Source: Bacteroidetes bacterium RIFCSPLOWO2_12_FULL_35_15
GTDB taxonomy: Bacteria; Bacteroidota; Bacteroidia; 2-12-FULL-35-15
DNA: 64,000 bases
Reading direction: 5' to 3'
Assembly: GCA_001769385.1 (NCBI GenBank)
Contig: MEPB01000037.1
Location: forward strand, 12,241-76,240
Part shown: positions 61,977 through 64,000 of the stretch, one piece after another
Layout of the letters: the number at the start of each line of letters is the position of its first letter
Numbering within the stretch: position 1 is the stretch's first letter
The notes under the pieces: model-generated
Database searches by the model: none
The model's input: only the letters and a program-made list of their open reading frames with translations
What the model was told of the DNA's origin: nothing
Translations under genes and position numbers: made by a program

Positions 61977-62927
61977 TTAATATAAAAAGTGTTCTGGTTT
62001 TCTGGCAACAGCCATGTTAGCGGTAGGCACAAACACAGGTTTTCCCATTTCACGAATTTTTAAATTTCCTATTTTGTACTGACTCATTCTTTCTTCGCCA
62101 ACTCGAATGAATTTTATATACTTTTCTATTCCTAATGAATTTCTTTTGTTCTTGAGAGCCGCGATCATTGTTGACCCAACTCCCGCAAATGGATCCAAAA
62201 TCCAATCATTTTCTTTTGTTAAAGCAAGAACACACCTTTCTACAAGTTCTATTGGGTACTGGCAAGGATGAATTGTTTTTTCTTTATGATTAGCCTTAAC
62301 GTTAGGGATTTCCCAAATGTCCTTCTCCCATTCACTTCGTACAATTTTCCAAACATCAGAAGGATTCTTTCCTTTAGGATTACCCGAAATCTGCCCTTTC
62401 TTTTCACCTTTGTAATATGTTTTTCCAGGATACTTTGCTGGCACTCTAACATCATCAAGATTAAATGTATATTTATCCGATTTCGAATACCACATTATAG
62501 TTTCATATCGCCCAGAAAATCTTTGCGAAGCATGAAGTCCATGCTCAAAATGCCAAATAATTCGATTGCGAAGAATCAGTTTTTCTTTAGCGAAAATATC
62601 GTGATAAAAAATATCCAAAGGCACAACCTCTTTTGTTTTCGGATTTATATAATTACCAACCTGCCAGCAGATGCTGCCTTTTTTATCAAGTAGAGTAACT
62701 AATTTTTTAATAATTGATTCAATTTCCAGTTTATAATTTTCTAAGGAATTAGACTTTTCATATTCCTTATCCATATTATAAGGCGGGGAAGTCATAATAA
62801 GTTTAAACTTCTTTTTCTGCGCAATCAATTTATCCAAATTTTTATCCGCTACTCCATGAATATAATCTGCAGCAACAACCCTGACCCTTCTTTTAGCCTT
62901 TGCTTGTTTTTTTACTGCCTTCGCCAT
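61977..62927 (-). CDS. site-specific DNA methyltransferase, beta class (N4-C/N6-A; M.BglII/M.BstYI-like)
   Basis: TSPPYN (motif IV) before LDPFAGVGST (motif I); WQVGNY, LRNRIIWHFEHGLH..RFSGRYE, GKNPSDVW, HPCQYP. Confidence 0.92.
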   Translation of the reverse strand: MAKAVKKQAKAKRRVRVVAADYIHGVADKNLDKLIAQKKKFKLIMTSPPYNMDKEYEKSNSLENYKLEIESIIKKLVTLLDKKGSICWQVGNYINPKTKEVVPLDIFYHDIFAKEKLILRNRIIWHFEHGLHASQRFSGRYETIMWYSKSDKYTFNLDDVRVPAKYPGKTYYKGEKKGQISGNPKGKNPSDVWKIVRSEWEKDIWEIPNVKANHKEKTIHPCQYPIELVERCVLALTKENDWILDPFAGVGSTMIAALKNKRNSLGIEKYIKFIRVGEERMSQYKIGNLKIREMGKPVFVPTANMAVARKPEHFLY

Positions 62928-62950
62928 AATTTTAATTTTATATCCTTTTT

Positions 62951-62978
62951 TTGCAGTTTTACTGCAAGAGCAAATATA
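62951..62978 (-). promoter_or_regulatory. -7 box (TATATTTG) of the island operon plus adjacent 7-bp inverted repeat
   Basis: caaatata at 62971..62978 on plus; ttgcagt-ttt-actgcaa at 62951..62967. Confidence 0.55.
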
Positions 62979-63064
62979 AGTTAAAAAGAGCGAATGGAGT
63001 AGGTAAAAATTTCAATCATCTTCCACTACAGCTATCGGTGGTAAAAGAATGCCATAAGCCATAT

Positions 63065-63286
63065 CTAGTTCACGTGTAAGGTATCTAGGAAACTCCCTTT
63101 TAACTTTAACCCGAATTCCTTTATGAGATCACCCAAGTTCATTTCAAATTCTTCAGCCAGTTTATAACACCAAAACAATGTTGGACTAATCTCCCCACGC
63201 TCAAGACGAGATATGTTTTGGTAATTATTCCCGACTTTAGAAGCCAGATGTGCCTGTGGCCAATCCTTTTCAAGTCTCTTTTTTGC
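63065..63286 (-). pseudogene. XRE-family HTH (C-protein-like) regulator remnant lacking an in-frame start
   Basis: Manual translation AKKRLEKDWPQAHLASKVGNNYQNISRLERGEISPTLFWCYKLAEEFEMNLGDLIKEF...*; in-frame TAA upstream with no start codon between. Confidence 0.75.
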
Positions 63287-63329
63287 ACAGTTAAGGCAGG
63301 AAAGGAATGCAAGGCCTTTTTGTTTTTAC

Positions 63330-63357
63330 ATATATTTAAACAAATGATTAAATATAT
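63330..63357. promoter_or_regulatory. palindromic operator candidate for the TetR regulator
   Basis: atatatttaa-acaaatga-ttaaatatat, 10-bp arms, 48 nt upstream of the tetR ATG. Confidence 0.5.
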
Positions 63358-63405
63358 TGTTTTAATCAAAATATAAATTTAATTTTGTTATGCTATTTTG
63401 TAATC

Positions 63406-64000
63406 ATGAAAGTTAAAAAAGAAATAATAGATCCTTCAACGGAAGAAAAGATTAAGAATGCTGCCCGGAAAGTATTTACTCAAAAAGGCTATGCCGGTAC
63501 CAAAACAAGAGATATAGCGGAGGAGGCTGGAATTAATCTGGCATTGCTCAATTATTATTTCAGAAGCAAGGAAAAACTTTTTGACATTATCATGTTGGAG
63601 AGTTTTCAGGAATTTATGCGATCAATGATCTCTGTTTTCAATGACGAAAAAACTTCGCTAGAGAAAAAAATTGAATCGATGGTGAGTAACTACATTGATT
63701 TATTAATAAAACAACCCGATATTCCGCTTTTTATTCTTAGCGAATTGAGAAATAATCCGAATGAAATAGTTAAAAAAATGAGTTTAGATAATAACCTGAT
63801 GAAATCATTTTTTATGAAGCAAATTCAACAAGCAATTAAAGAGGAGAAAATTTCAGACATAAGTCCGGTACATTTTTTTATGAATATGATGAGTTTGACC
63901 GTTTTTCCATTTGTCGCAAGTCCGATGCTTAAAAATTTAGGAGATCTACAGCAAAAAGATTTTGACAAATTAATGCAAGAACGTAAAAAATTAATTCCCA
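63406..64000 (+). CDS. TetR/AcrR family transcriptional regulator, partial (runs off window end)
   Basis: Not in ORF track. MKVKKEIIDPSTEEKIKNAARKVFTQKGYAGTKTRDIAEEAGINLALLNYYFRSKEKLF. Confidence 0.92.
   Translation, partial: MKVKKEIIDPSTEEKIKNAARKVFTQKGYAGTKTRDIAEEAGINLALLNYYFRSKEKLFDIIMLESFQEFMRSMISVFNDEKTSLEKKIESMVSNYIDLLIKQPDIPLFILSELRNNPNEIVKKMSLDNNLMKSFFMKQIQQAIKEEKISDISPVHFFMNMMSLTVFPFVASPMLKNLGDLQQKDFDKLMQERKKLIP

Larger units (their letters stand above)
56800..63307 (-). mobile_element. putative inserted defence island (no integrase seen)
   Basis: Block of DNA-modification genes opposite to infB and tetR, bracketed by complementary hairpin halves (56788..56799 and 63308..63319) and ending in a truncated HTH gene. 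Confidence 0.5.

Noticed and set aside
63139..63369. 76-aa ORF in the track
   Set aside because: No recognisable protein; the XRE HTH signal is in a different frame of the same strand

Overview
AT-rich chromosomal segment of a Bacteroidota genome: TAnnTTTG -7 promoter boxes, T9SS cargo proteins, and no obvious Shine-Dalgarno use. Positions 1-56770 are mostly housekeeping and envelope genes: kdsB, hemJ, cysS, trpS, trhO, rfbA, gatC, rnr, xth, rimP-nusA-infB, an ECF sigma with a T9SS-domain partner, and three membrane SpoIIE/PP2C phosphatases. The main hit is a ~6.5 kb island right after infB (about 56800-63300). It is a tightly coupled five-gene minus-strand operon: beta-class DNA methyltransferase, MORC/GHKL ATPase, a methyltransferase-fold-like hypothetical, a PD-(D/E)XK-like+DGQHR protein, and a UDG-superfamily DNA glycosylase. 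A 5'-truncated XRE/C-protein-like HTH remnant, missed by the ORF track, lies upstream. The island appears to sit between the two halves of the infB terminator. I do not recognise this gene combination as a named system and propose it as a candidate DNA-modification-linked anti-phage system. Second, a 91-bp copy of the 3' end of a GT9 gene brackets an Lrp regulator and an M43 protease. No tRNA, rRNA, CRISPR array, integrase or transposase was seen. All family calls come from reading motifs by eye, not from database searches.
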